Assembly: GCA_964481435.1 (NCBI GenBank)
Contig: CAYZTH010000001.1
Span: 7,992-71,991 of the forward strand
Length of the DNA: 64,000 nt
Origin: Candidatus Woesearchaeota archaeon
GTDB taxonomy: Archaea > Nanobdellota > Nanobdellia > Pacearchaeales > UBA284
Direction: 5' to 3'
Shown here: positions 26,727-35,862 of the stretch, piece after piece
Position numbering within the stretch: the stretch's first letter is position 1
Layout of the letters: each line of letters opens with the position of its first letter
The notes under the pieces: model-generated
What the model was told of the DNA's origin: nothing
Seen by the model: only the letters and a program-made list of their open reading frames with translations
Databases searched by the model: none
Position numbers and translations under genes: made by a program

Positions 26727-28192
26727 TTCTTTTTATTAATTCTAAAAATACTCTTTATTTTTCTTGCCGAGTAATTAACAAGGGCCTTTCTTTTTGTCCA
26801 AAAAACATACTTGAGAGTATAGGGAAGCAGAGGAAACTGTAGAATAAAACCCCTCAGGGTCAGCATCCTGAACAAAGAAAGATTATCTAGGAACTCTTCT
26901 TTTAGTTCATATAATTTCTCTAAACTATTCTCCGCAGTATATGCCGGAGTAGGCTTGTCAGACATCCAAAAATCATCCGTCATCATTCCTTTTTGTTTAG
27001 CAAGTTCATAGACCTGTGTTCCAGGATAGACTGTAAGTATGGCCCCGTCAGTATACGGGTGGTACTTTATTCTTTGCAGTTTCTTTATCAGATTAATTGT
27101 GTTTTTTATTGTTTTTTCATTTTCTCCAGGAAGCCCTATGATTATGAAGGGTTTGATATTTATTTTAGACTTCGCGAACATTTTGAATGCATTGATTATA
27201 TCCTCTTGATTTATCCCTTTATTTGCCATCCTCAAAATATCGTTGTCCCCGCTTTCAACGCCCAAAAGAACTCTCTTGAAATTAGCCCTTTCTAAGAATC
27301 TGATCATTCTCTCACTTAGTGGTTTTATCCTGCCACTAGCAATAAAATCTTTCTTTATACCTCTTCGGAGTATTTCTTTGCATATTTCAATTACTCTCTC
27401 ATTATCTACAAAAAGAGAGTCATCATGGAACCAGATTTCTTTTATTTGTGGAAATCTCTTGACCAAATATTCAATCTCGTCAACAACATTTTTTGGGCTC
27501 CTGAATCTGACTCTTCTTTTTGTCAGGGGATTTAGGGAACAGAAACTGCATTTGAAAGGACATCCCCTTGAACTTAGAATACATGCAGAATCGCGGGGAG
27601 TATTAAAAAAAAGTTCATGCTTCGGAAAAGGAAGACTATCCAAATCTTCAATAAGTTCTCTTGGCGGAGTCATTATAATTTTTCCTTTCTTAAAAAAAAC
27701 AATTCCTTTTATTTTTTTTGAATCAGCAGTCTTGCTCTTAACTATTTCTGTCAGAGTCAATTCTCCTTCTCCTAAGACAATGATTACATACGGATACTTT
27801 TTCAATAGTTGGTCATACATGACTGTTGCATGGATACCGCCCAAAATTATCTTTATTTTTGGATGGTTTTTGTGGATGTACTCTATTAGCATATAACTGC
27901 TTACCCTATTTGGGGTCAGCATCTGTATTCCAACAAAATCAGGAGAGAAAGAATTTATTTTTTCTATGACCTGGTTCTTACAGGTTTCATAATCAAGGTG
28001 ATTAAAGCATAGGCTCTCAACGGTAATCCCCTGAGATTCCAAATAAGAATGAAGATATGCAATTCCCAGAGCATAATGAGATTCTGCACCTAATTTCACG
28101 CCTTTTTTATTATCTTTTTTTGTAGTCATCAAGGATATTTCCTCAAAACTGCTTGTAACAAATAGGATTTTTTTGCCGGATTTTTTCATCAA
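26723..28192 (-). CDS. cobalamin-binding radical SAM protein (class B rSAM)
   Basis: N-terminal B12-binding Rossmann domain with GGIHAT; radical SAM Cys triad SSRGCPFKCSFCSL; paralog of 28562-30004. Confidence 0.75.
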   Translation of the reverse strand: MMKKSGKKILFVTSSFEEISLMTTKKDNKKGVKLGAESHYALGIAYLHSYLESQGITVESLCFNHLDYETCKNQVIEKINSFSPDFVGIQMLTPNRVSSYMLIEYIHKNHPKIKIILGGIHATVMYDQLLKKYPYVIIVLGEGELTLTEIVKSKTADSKKIKGIVFFKKGKIIMTPPRELIEDLDSLPFPKHELFFNTPRDSACILSSRGCPFKCSFCSLNPLTKRRVRFRSPKNVVDEIEYLVKRFPQIKEIWFHDDSLFVDNERVIEICKEILRRGIKKDFIASGRIKPLSERMIRFLERANFKRVLLGVESGDNDILRMANKGINQEDIINAFKMFAKSKINIKPFIIIGLPGENEKTIKNTINLIKKLQRIKYHPYTDGAILTVYPGTQVYELAKQKGMMTDDFWMSDKPTPAYTAENSLEKLYELKEEFLDNLSLFRMLTLRGFILQFPLLPYTLKYVFWTKRKALVNYSARKIKSIFRINKKN

Positions 28193-28239
28193 TATGGTAA
28201 AAAGGTTGCATTTAAAAGTGTTTTGAAAGGCATAAAATT
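28193..28239 (-). promoter_or_regulatory. duplicated promoter of an rSAM paralog (TTTAAAT TATA-like box ~27 nt upstream of the ATG; probably a leaderless transcript)
   Basis: The ~45-bp block CATTTAAAAGTGTTTTGAAA... is conserved upstream of both rSAM genes (compare 30005-30050). Confidence 0.4.
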
Positions 28240-28518
28240 TTAAAATAGGCTAAAGACTCCCTTTTGGAAGACCAACGCGCCGCCAATCAAGAAGAAAAAT
28301 CCTGGAAGATTGAATACGAATGAGAGCAGGATGATTGCCGCAGCAAAAAAGTCGATTATGCTGGCTATGTTTATTGAAGCAATCGAGAATATGACTGATT
28401 TTATAAGGAGATAGACCGCACCGATGATTAAGACCGATTTCACAACATATGAAAAGAACGCAGAAAACATAAATAAAGAAACAAGTATGTCCAGGATTCC
28501 TAAAATCATTATGACCAT
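28240..28518 (-). CDS. small hydrophobic membrane protein (2-3 TM)
   Basis: 92 aa, almost entirely hydrophobic; sits between the two rSAM paralogs. Confidence 0.3.
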   Translation of the reverse strand: MVIMILGILDILVSLFMFSAFFSYVVKSVLIIGAVYLLIKSVIFSIASINIASIIDFFAAAIILLSFVFNLPGFFFLIGGALVFQKGVFSLF

Positions 28519-28561
28519 GGTATTATGATTATTTTTCTTTTTAATTTTATTAATAGTTAAT

Positions 28562-30004
28562 TTAGAATAATCTGCCTTTTTTTAACAGAGTTTCCACTCT
28601 CCCAAAGAGATATTTCATTAAGTAAGGGAGTGTCTCGAATTGGGCTTTAAATCCTCTTGGAGTTATTATTCTATAAAATGAGAGGTTATCCGCGAGAATT
28701 TCCTCGAACTTTTTTAATTCTGCATAACTGTGTTCTGCAGTATATAGCGGAATCTCCTTATCCGTAAGCCAGAAATCATCATTGATAAATCCCTTGGACT
28801 TTGCAATTTCGTAAACTTCGGTTCCAGGATAAACAAATAGGATATTGAAGCATCTGGGATAAGATACATATTTTATTTTTTGTAACTTTTTTATGAATTT
28901 GGCGCTTTCATTTATTGTATGCAGATTTTCTCCAGGCAGACCAACAATTAGATATGTTTTAAGGTGTATTTTCGACTTTGAAAATAACTTAAATGCCTTA
29001 ATTATGTCCTCTTGATTTATCCCTTTATGGCAGGATCTTAGAAGTTCATTGTCTCCGCTTTCTATACCCAGTGTGACTCTTATGAAATTTGCTTCCTCAA
29101 GTTTTTTAACAACTTCGGCACTCAAGGGTTTAATTCTTCCGCTGCACACAAAATCCAGTTTTATTTTTCTTCTCATTATTTCGTTGCAGATGTCTATCAC
29201 CCGCTGATTATCAACAAAGAAGGAATCATCATTTATTGAGAGTTCTTTCATCTGAGGAAATTTCTTTACCATATACTCTATTTCATCAACGACTTTTATA
29301 GGGTCTCTGAATCTCACCGCCCTTTTAGATTCTGGATTCAAGCAGCAAAAACTGCAGGCAAAAGGGCATCCTCTTGCAGATAAAAGACTCCCGGTCCATC
29401 TTTTGCTACCCTTAAAGAATACTTCGTGTTTTGGAAAAGGCAGGCTATCTAGGTCTTTTATTAATTCCCTAGGTTTTGTTCTTGTTACTTTCTTATTTTT
29501 ATAAAATGCGATTCCATCAATTTTCTTAAGATTAGGTTTTTTCTTGTCTAATTCTTTAATTAATTCAAATAGAGTTATCTCTCCGTCCCCAAGGGCCACT
29601 ATTAAAAAGGGATATTTTTCTATCAGTTGCTTATACATTATTGTAGCATGTATTCCCCCGGCAATTATCTTAATCTTAGGATAATTTTTATGTATCCAGT
29701 CAATAAGATAGTATGTGCTGACTCTATTACAGGTTAACATTTGAAAGCCAACAAAATCTGGAGAGAAACTTTTTATTTTTTCAATTACTTCCCTGTAGCA
29801 GTCTTTATACGGTTTATGATTTAGCCAGAGAGTTTCAACTTCCATGTTCTTTGATTCAAGGTAAGAATGAATGTATGCGAGGCCAAGGGGATAATAAGTT
29901 TGCTCTCCGAAGTCTTCACTGACTTTCCCCTCTGGAACTAACGGAAGATCTTCAAAACTTGTCGTTATTAGCAATACCTTTTTTCTGCCGGATTTTTTCA
30001 TCAA
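28562..30004 (-). CDS. cobalamin-binding radical SAM protein (class B rSAM), paralog
   Basis: Same architecture: GGIHAT B12 motif and SARGCPFACSFCCL; N-terminus MMKKSGRKK nearly identical to the paralog. Confidence 0.75.
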   Translation of the reverse strand: MMKKSGRKKVLLITTSFEDLPLVPEGKVSEDFGEQTYYPLGLAYIHSYLESKNMEVETLWLNHKPYKDCYREVIEKIKSFSPDFVGFQMLTCNRVSTYYLIDWIHKNYPKIKIIAGGIHATIMYKQLIEKYPFLIVALGDGEITLFELIKELDKKKPNLKKIDGIAFYKNKKVTRTKPRELIKDLDSLPFPKHEVFFKGSKRWTGSLLSARGCPFACSFCCLNPESKRAVRFRDPIKVVDEIEYMVKKFPQMKELSINDDSFFVDNQRVIDICNEIMRRKIKLDFVCSGRIKPLSAEVVKKLEEANFIRVTLGIESGDNELLRSCHKGINQEDIIKAFKLFSKSKIHLKTYLIVGLPGENLHTINESAKFIKKLQKIKYVSYPRCFNILFVYPGTEVYEIAKSKGFINDDFWLTDKEIPLYTAEHSYAELKKFEEILADNLSFYRIITPRGFKAQFETLPYLMKYLFGRVETLLKKGRLF

Positions 30005-30050
30005 TATAATAAAAAGAACGCATTTAAAAGTGTTTTGAAAAGTATTAAAC
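30005..30050 (-). promoter_or_regulatory. duplicated promoter of the second rSAM paralog
   Basis: Near-identical copy of the block at 28193-28239 (TCAATATAATAAAAAGAACGCATTTAAAAGTGTTTTGAAAAG). Confidence 0.4.
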
Positions 30051-30142
30051 AGTCATTTTATTGGACTGGGAAAAATTATGTTGGGACATAATTATGAGAG
30101 ATAAGCCCCTAATATTAAGAGGTATTTACAGAATTATCCTAA

Positions 30143-32506
30143 TCAAATGACTTTTACATCTGGAAGAGGAACAATGAAATTTGTTCCTTTTTCAACTAAT
30201 TCTCTTTCTCTCTCCCTGAATCCCTTTACAAAACTGTATGGCAAGGCTAGTAGATAATCTGGTCTTTCGTGCCTTAATTTTGTTTCATCAAAGATGGGAA
30301 TCTCCGAACCAATCATGTACTTCCCGAATTTGAATGGATTTGAATCTGCAGCAGCTTGGACCAAGTTTGGCCCTATTCCGCAGAACTGCATGATGGTATT
30401 TCCTTTTGTAGAAGCACCATATATCCAAGTCTTTTTTCCTTCTCTTTTTATCCTTTCAAGCAAGGCTATCAGCTCTTGTTTTGTTCTGGTGATTCTTGCC
30501 ATGAATTCCGTATACGTTGAAGTATTGAATATGCCCCAATCCAATTCTTCATTAAGATTCTGCTGTAATCTCATGGTCCTTGGATATTTTAGATTTCCTT
30601 TTTTCTTGGCAAAAATCCTGAAACTTCCGCCATAAACATCATTTAACTGAACATCAAACAATTCGAGTCCTGCTTTCTCAAGAATCCACTTCATATTCTG
30701 CGTTCCATAATAGCCAACATGCTCATGAACAATATTGTCATACATATTAGTCTTAATCATTGCAGGAAGATAAGCCATTTGAATTATTACTGCACCATCT
30801 TCGTCTAAAATCTCACTTATGTCTTTACAGAACTTGATTGGGTCATGCTGATGATAGAATGTAGCAACACAAAAGACTAACTTCGCTTTATGATCAGAGA
30901 CGCTCTTAAAGTTTTCTGCACTGAAAAAGTCTTTTACTCTTTTGAATTTACTTGAATGAACCACACTTTCAACATTCTGTGCAGGGTCTATTCCTATTAA
31001 ATTATAATCACTAGCTGAGAAAAAGTCTAGAAGAGCCCCATCATTACAACCAATATCTAAAATTGTGTCATTTGAGTTCAAGTTCTTTAAGATTTTACCT
31101 GAATTTGCAACATCTTCAAGTATCTTTTTCATAGAAGAATTAGAAGTACTTGTGTAAGGATATTGTTTGTACATGTTCAATAAAGAATAATTATATGCTA
31201 ACTGAAGTGTACCACACTCTTTATCGCTTGACTTGACACACTGCATAATTTTAAGTGAAGATTTTTTTAATTTATCTCTATAATCTAAATTATCTGGAAA
31301 GATTGAAGAAAGATACTGCTCTCCTAAGTCTATGCAAGGAATAATGTTTTTATTACCACAGAATCGGCATTCGGTTATTTGTTTCTTAGGTTCTTTTAAT
31401 TTTTGTTTCATAAAGTCTATAACCCCTCTTGCATCAGGGTAGTCTGGTGAATTATTCATTGGTTCTTGAATGTCAACAAAGCCATCAAATGAAATGTCTA
31501 AATCAAGTTCTTTAACCAAATCTTTTAAGACAATAGAGTTCTTTGCACCAACTTCAATAATGCCTTTTCTATCAAGATTCTTAGCAATCCATTCACCAAC
31601 CCATTCAACAGGTGCGAAAGCATACTTGCTTCGACCATCAATATAGACTTTAGAATCATTAAGCATACCGATTAAAACCCCTTTATTCAATCCTTCGCCA
31701 TACATCGCGCTCAATCTCACAATCAAAGATTCACCATTCATAGCAACTATCATTTCGGCTTCAAGTTTATTCCTTCCATAAACAGTATCAAGTTGAGTTC
31801 TTGCCGAAAGTGTGCTGATTTGGATAAACTTCTGGAATTTGACGCCCTCAAAAATGTTCTTGGTCTTTTCAACTGTCTCTTTATAGTCCCACTCTGGATT
31901 TTGTTCTGCTTTAAATCTCGAAGAAGGCATAGCACAATTAATTACATAATCAAAACTCTTTCCAAGCACGCTGTCATAATTTTCTAATGTGACTGGTGTG
32001 ACATTATGTCCTAGCTTATTTAATGCTTTTAGAATTTGAGAACCGACAAAGCCATTTGCACCGAACAATGCTACTGTTTTCTTCAATCTTTGTTTGGTGA
32101 CATTCTCATGTATTATTGGTGGATTGCAAGTGTCCCAGGGTTTTGATAGCATAGCTATGGCCGTAACGGGGGTTATTGCATGAAAAGCATGAGCGACTCC
32201 AGGAGAAGCGAAAGTACATTCTCCCTTACCCATATGTATTACCTGTTCCTTAGCATCTGGGCTCTCTTTAAGGACCATTATCCCAGAACCCTCTACCACC
32301 AAGAAATATTCAGTGAATTCTGGATGCATATGATTTCCCCTGCTTGCGCCAGGAGTAAAATAGAGCATGTTGAACTCTTTAATGTCCGTTTCAGGGGTCC
32401 AGGTAAAGATTCCCCCCCTGCCGTCAATAACTGTATTAATATTACAGTTTGGTTTCAAAAGCCCAAACTTCTTTTTAGGTTCGTCTGTCTTTTTTTTATC
32501 TACCAT
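30143..32506 (-). CDS. trifunctional fusion: FdtA/WxcM-like cupin (sugar ketoisomerase/epimerase) + RmlD-like NAD(P) 4-ketoreductase + TylC3/TcaB9-type NDP-hexose C-methyltransferase
   Basis: aa 1-130 cupin with RGNHMH; aa ~140-375 SDR (VALFGANGFVGSQIL, YGRNK); aa ~380-787 C-methyltransferase with Zn-ribbon CRFCGNK...C...C..C, SAM motif ILDIGCNDG and C-terminal WIYGASTKG...FKFGKY domain. Confidence 0.7.
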   Translation of the reverse strand: MVDKKKTDEPKKKFGLLKPNCNINTVIDGRGGIFTWTPETDIKEFNMLYFTPGASRGNHMHPEFTEYFLVVEGSGIMVLKESPDAKEQVIHMGKGECTFASPGVAHAFHAITPVTAIAMLSKPWDTCNPPIIHENVTKQRLKKTVALFGANGFVGSQILKALNKLGHNVTPVTLENYDSVLGKSFDYVINCAMPSSRFKAEQNPEWDYKETVEKTKNIFEGVKFQKFIQISTLSARTQLDTVYGRNKLEAEMIVAMNGESLIVRLSAMYGEGLNKGVLIGMLNDSKVYIDGRSKYAFAPVEWVGEWIAKNLDRKGIIEVGAKNSIVLKDLVKELDLDISFDGFVDIQEPMNNSPDYPDARGVIDFMKQKLKEPKKQITECRFCGNKNIIPCIDLGEQYLSSIFPDNLDYRDKLKKSSLKIMQCVKSSDKECGTLQLAYNYSLLNMYKQYPYTSTSNSSMKKILEDVANSGKILKNLNSNDTILDIGCNDGALLDFFSASDYNLIGIDPAQNVESVVHSSKFKRVKDFFSAENFKSVSDHKAKLVFCVATFYHQHDPIKFCKDISEILDEDGAVIIQMAYLPAMIKTNMYDNIVHEHVGYYGTQNMKWILEKAGLELFDVQLNDVYGGSFRIFAKKKGNLKYPRTMRLQQNLNEELDWGIFNTSTYTEFMARITRTKQELIALLERIKREGKKTWIYGASTKGNTIMQFCGIGPNLVQAAADSNPFKFGKYMIGSEIPIFDETKLRHERPDYLLALPYSFVKGFRERERELVEKGTNFIVPLPDVKVI

Positions 32507-32580
32507 TTCTTTTTCAGTTTATATCGGTTTTTAAGGTTTTATGTTATCAATTGCAATATTTGAAATTATTCAATAAAAAA

Positions 32581-33726
32581 TCATTTTCCTATAAATTCCT
32601 CAAAAATCTTTTTGCCCCACTTCTCCAAAGATAATTTTTTTACCTCTTTTATGGAATTCAGTATAATCCTTTTCTTTTTTGTTTCATTTTCTAAGAGATT
32701 TACTATTTTATTAGCATCATGTTTGCCAAAAGAATCCAGAATAAGCCCATTTTTTCCATTAGTAATTATCTCCGGTTCTGCACTTTTTGCGCAGACTATC
32801 AGGCATCCTGAAGCCATTGCCTCCGAGACAACCAATGTAGGAGCGCCGCCTTCGTATCTTGACAAGCAAAAAAAGATATTTGAAGCATTGTAATAGTAGG
32901 GAATCTTTTCTCTGGGCACATTCTCCAAAAATAGTATAAATTTTTTGTTAAGCAGATGTCCCACTTTTCTTTTATCTGCACCGATGATGATAAGCCCGAA
33001 ATTTTTATTTAGGTGATGGATTTCCTCTGAGAGGTTGATAGCCCTATCCAATCCTTTTGTCCAAAAACCTCCACGGCCAATATAGAGCCCATAGGTCTTA
33101 TCTTTATCAAGGTCAAGCCGGTCCTTGATAATCTTCGTGTTCCTTATTTTAAATCCCTCTAAATTGACGCCAGTCCTGATAACTTCCATATCCCTATTGA
33201 TCTTATAGAGCGTTCTTAGTTGTTTTTTCACCTTTTCAGAAACACATATTATTTTGTCTGCTTTTTTTATGGGGGGCATCTCCAAATAGTATCCAAAAAG
33301 AAGCAAAGGCAATAAAATTATTCTTTTTATTATCCCGAATCTCATCGTGCTATTTTTCAAAAAATAATACGCACTGCCATGATATGTATGGACAATCTTT
33401 TGGCCAGGCTTCTTTTTGTAGTCCTTTAACCAGTAACCCCAAACTCCATGAGAGTTTATGATGTCAAAAGTATTCTCCCTCAAGTATGATTTTACTTTTC
33501 TGTTGAATATGATATCATTCAGAAAAGGGATTTTTGTCGATTTTATCTCAATATAAGAGATACCTCCTGCAGAATAGCTCTTGTTCTTTTCTCCACCATA
33601 TACCCAGGTTATATCTGTTTCTCTGTTTACTGATTTGAGGTACTCAATTAAATTCTTTTTAAATACCGAAACTCCTCCATTAAAAGAAGGATTTGAACCG
33701 ACAAAACAGATTTTTAATTTTTTCAT
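32581..33726 (-). CDS. glycosyltransferase family 4 (GT-B)
   Basis: SRYEGGAPTLVVSEAMASGCLIV (E-x7-E GT4 motif); start moved to the internal MKKLKICFVG Met to remove a 53-bp overlap (ORF track start 33789). Confidence 0.7.
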   Translation of the reverse strand: MKKLKICFVGSNPSFNGGVSVFKKNLIEYLKSVNRETDITWVYGGEKNKSYSAGGISYIEIKSTKIPFLNDIIFNRKVKSYLRENTFDIINSHGVWGYWLKDYKKKPGQKIVHTYHGSAYYFLKNSTMRFGIIKRIILLPLLLFGYYLEMPPIKKADKIICVSEKVKKQLRTLYKINRDMEVIRTGVNLEGFKIRNTKIIKDRLDLDKDKTYGLYIGRGGFWTKGLDRAINLSEEIHHLNKNFGLIIIGADKRKVGHLLNKKFILFLENVPREKIPYYYNASNIFFCLSRYEGGAPTLVVSEAMASGCLIVCAKSAEPEIITNGKNGLILDSFGKHDANKIVNLLENETKKKRIILNSIKEVKKLSLEKWGKKIFEEFIGK

Positions 33727-33736
33727 GTTTATAATG

Positions 33737-34876
33737 TTATTTTCCTGATAATTTAAGATAGAGTTCTTTTGTCCTTTTTCCAATTTCATCCCAATTATTC
33801 TTTTTCCAGTATTTCTCTGACTGAACTTTCAGATATTTTGTCTTTGATGGGCTGTCCAATAGTTCATTTATTTTTTTTACAAGATCAACAGAATCATCTT
33901 CCTTGAAAGTATCTATACATCCTTCTTCTTTCTTGAGGATTACAAAAGAAGGAATATCTGCAGACAGAGTAGGGACTTGATAAGCCAATTGCATGGCCAT
34001 GGTTGAAGAGAGGAAGTCTCCTCCTCCTTGGGTATGAAGATTTATCCCAACATCTGCAGCATTGAGAAAAAGAGGCATTTGTTCATCAGGAACAAAACCC
34101 AGAAGTTTGACTCGGTCTTTAATTTGCAATTCATCGATTTTCTTTACTATACGGTCATAGACTATTTGGTCTTTTGCCAATTGCACTTTTCCAATAATCA
34201 AAAGTATTGTATTTTGGTCTAATTTTTTTATAGCCTCTAAGACCATATCATAGTTTTTAGAGCCCCGGATATAGCCGAGCAAGATTAGAACCTTCTTTCC
34301 ATGATATCCCAGCTTATCTTTGCACTTCTCTTCATCTAATCTTTTCATATTTGTTGGAAGTCCAAGAGGGAGAGTCACTATCTTATCTTTGTCAATTTTC
34401 CATTCCTCTATATTTATCCTCTCTCCATTCTTTGAGTGCGTGATGAATTGGTCAACAAATAATTTTAAGAATACATAAATGAACTTGTAGTAATAGAAAA
34501 GCAGCTTCTCTTTTTTACCTCCGTCCATAGCATAATACTTTGAAGGAGAATCATGCAGCGCCATGACAATTTTTGCCTTTGTGAGCATTTTTAGCCAAGC
34601 TAGAAAAGGGATTATATAAATGCCAACAAATTTTCCCAAGCATTTACCAAATATCCCTATATGGAATTGGATATGTATTATATCTTCTTTTGAAGTTCCT
34701 TTTGCGGCCTTCCTTGCTATGTTTATGAAGTGAAAGGGGTTTGAGGAGGTTTGGTCTTTTATTTCTATAATCTCGGGTTCAATACCGGCCTTTTTCAGAG
34801 CATCTGCAAGCTGTTTTGCATGTTCTGCAATACCACATCTTGTTGGAGGATATGTTGACACAAGTTTTATTTTCAT
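33737..34876 (-). CDS. glycosyltransferase family 4-like (GT-B)
   Basis: 379 aa; C-terminal GT-B pattern (LGFVPDEQMPLF...STMAMQLAYQVPTL). Confidence 0.6.
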   Translation of the reverse strand: MKIKLVSTYPPTRCGIAEHAKQLADALKKAGIEPEIIEIKDQTSSNPFHFINIARKAAKGTSKEDIIHIQFHIGIFGKCLGKFVGIYIIPFLAWLKMLTKAKIVMALHDSPSKYYAMDGGKKEKLLFYYYKFIYVFLKLFVDQFITHSKNGERINIEEWKIDKDKIVTLPLGLPTNMKRLDEEKCKDKLGYHGKKVLILLGYIRGSKNYDMVLEAIKKLDQNTILLIIGKVQLAKDQIVYDRIVKKIDELQIKDRVKLLGFVPDEQMPLFLNAADVGINLHTQGGGDFLSSTMAMQLAYQVPTLSADIPSFVILKKEEGCIDTFKEDDSVDLVKKINELLDSPSKTKYLKVQSEKYWKKNNWDEIGKRTKELYLKLSGK

Positions 34877-35025
34877 TTCATTTTTTTATGCCAGAGGCAT
34901 CCGCCTATTTATTTTTTTCTTGCAGATTCGTGCCAGAAGACACGGGCAAGATTTAATTTGTTCGATAATAATGCGCTTCTTTTTACATATAAATACTTCA
35001 TTCTTTCTTGTGTGGATTTTATTTT

Positions 35026-35853
35026 CTAATTTAGATAGTATCCTAGCAAGAAAGGCACTGCCCTCAAAGCTCTTAAAAAAAAGCTTTTGAAACTTACGCT
35101 AAATGATCCTGCATGTATGTTCCTCGGCCTATTCTTGCTTTTTATAAGTTCAGTATAATATCCAGACCTTACCAAGATTTTATTATTTTTTCCGTATCTA
35201 TAATTTTTCTTGAATAATTGTATGAGATTTTCCGGTTCCATATGATAAACCGCATGGTCAAGTTTCCCTGTCCTGTTGGAAAGTTTTGAAAATTCATAGA
35301 ATGTTATTGCATGATCTTGTGAGACAACAAAAGGAATGACTTTTTTTGGAATGTTCTTCATAGCTCTGATTAATAAATCTCGTCTATAAAATCTTGGCAG
35401 GATTACTCCTCCAACAGGATTAAGATATTTCTCAGGGTACTTTTGAGTAAGAACCCTGTCTGCATCAAATAAAGAGGGTAAGAATTTTTGTTTGTTGTAT
35501 GCCCTTTCTTCCAACCATAAGGAATCGAAGCTGTTCATCAATCCGACTGCTCTTTCCACAGCAGTCTTATCTAGGATCTGATCCGAATCAAGCAGAAGGA
35601 CAAAATCTCCCTTGCTTGCCGAAGCTCCAAGATATCTTGAACCAAGAAGCAATCCAGGATATTTTATTATCTTGCACCCATAATCTCTTGCGATGTCCAG
35701 GGTTTTATCTTTGCTTCCGCTGTCAATGACTATTATTTCAATCTTGGTATATGATTGGGCTTTTACCGCGTCTAAACATTTCTTCATAGTTCTCTCGCTG
35801 TTAAAAGTGGGGATGTTTACAGAAACTAGGGGCAATTTATTTGTTTTCTTCAT
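35026..35853 (-). CDS. glycosyltransferase family 2
   Basis: VSVNIPTFNSERTM, IIVIDSGSKD, LLLDSDQIL (DxD). Confidence 0.75.
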   Translation of the reverse strand: MKKTNKLPLVSVNIPTFNSERTMKKCLDAVKAQSYTKIEIIVIDSGSKDKTLDIARDYGCKIIKYPGLLLGSRYLGASASKGDFVLLLDSDQILDKTAVERAVGLMNSFDSLWLEERAYNKQKFLPSLFDADRVLTQKYPEKYLNPVGGVILPRFYRRDLLIRAMKNIPKKVIPFVVSQDHAITFYEFSKLSNRTGKLDHAVYHMEPENLIQLFKKNYRYGKNNKILVRSGYYTELIKSKNRPRNIHAGSFSVSFKSFFLRALRAVPFLLGYYLN

Positions 35854-35862
35854 TTTTAATTT

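Noticed and set aside
27243-27896. 217-aa and 100-aa ORFs antisense to the first B12-rSAM gene (also 26993-27295)
   Set aside because: Overlap a gene with clear B12-binding and CxxxCxxC motifs. No motifs of their own.
33727-33789. N-terminal 21 aa of the GT4 ORF 32581-33789
   Set aside because: Overlaps the upstream gene's 3' end by 53 bp. The internal Met (MKKLKICFVG) gives the typical GT4 start.
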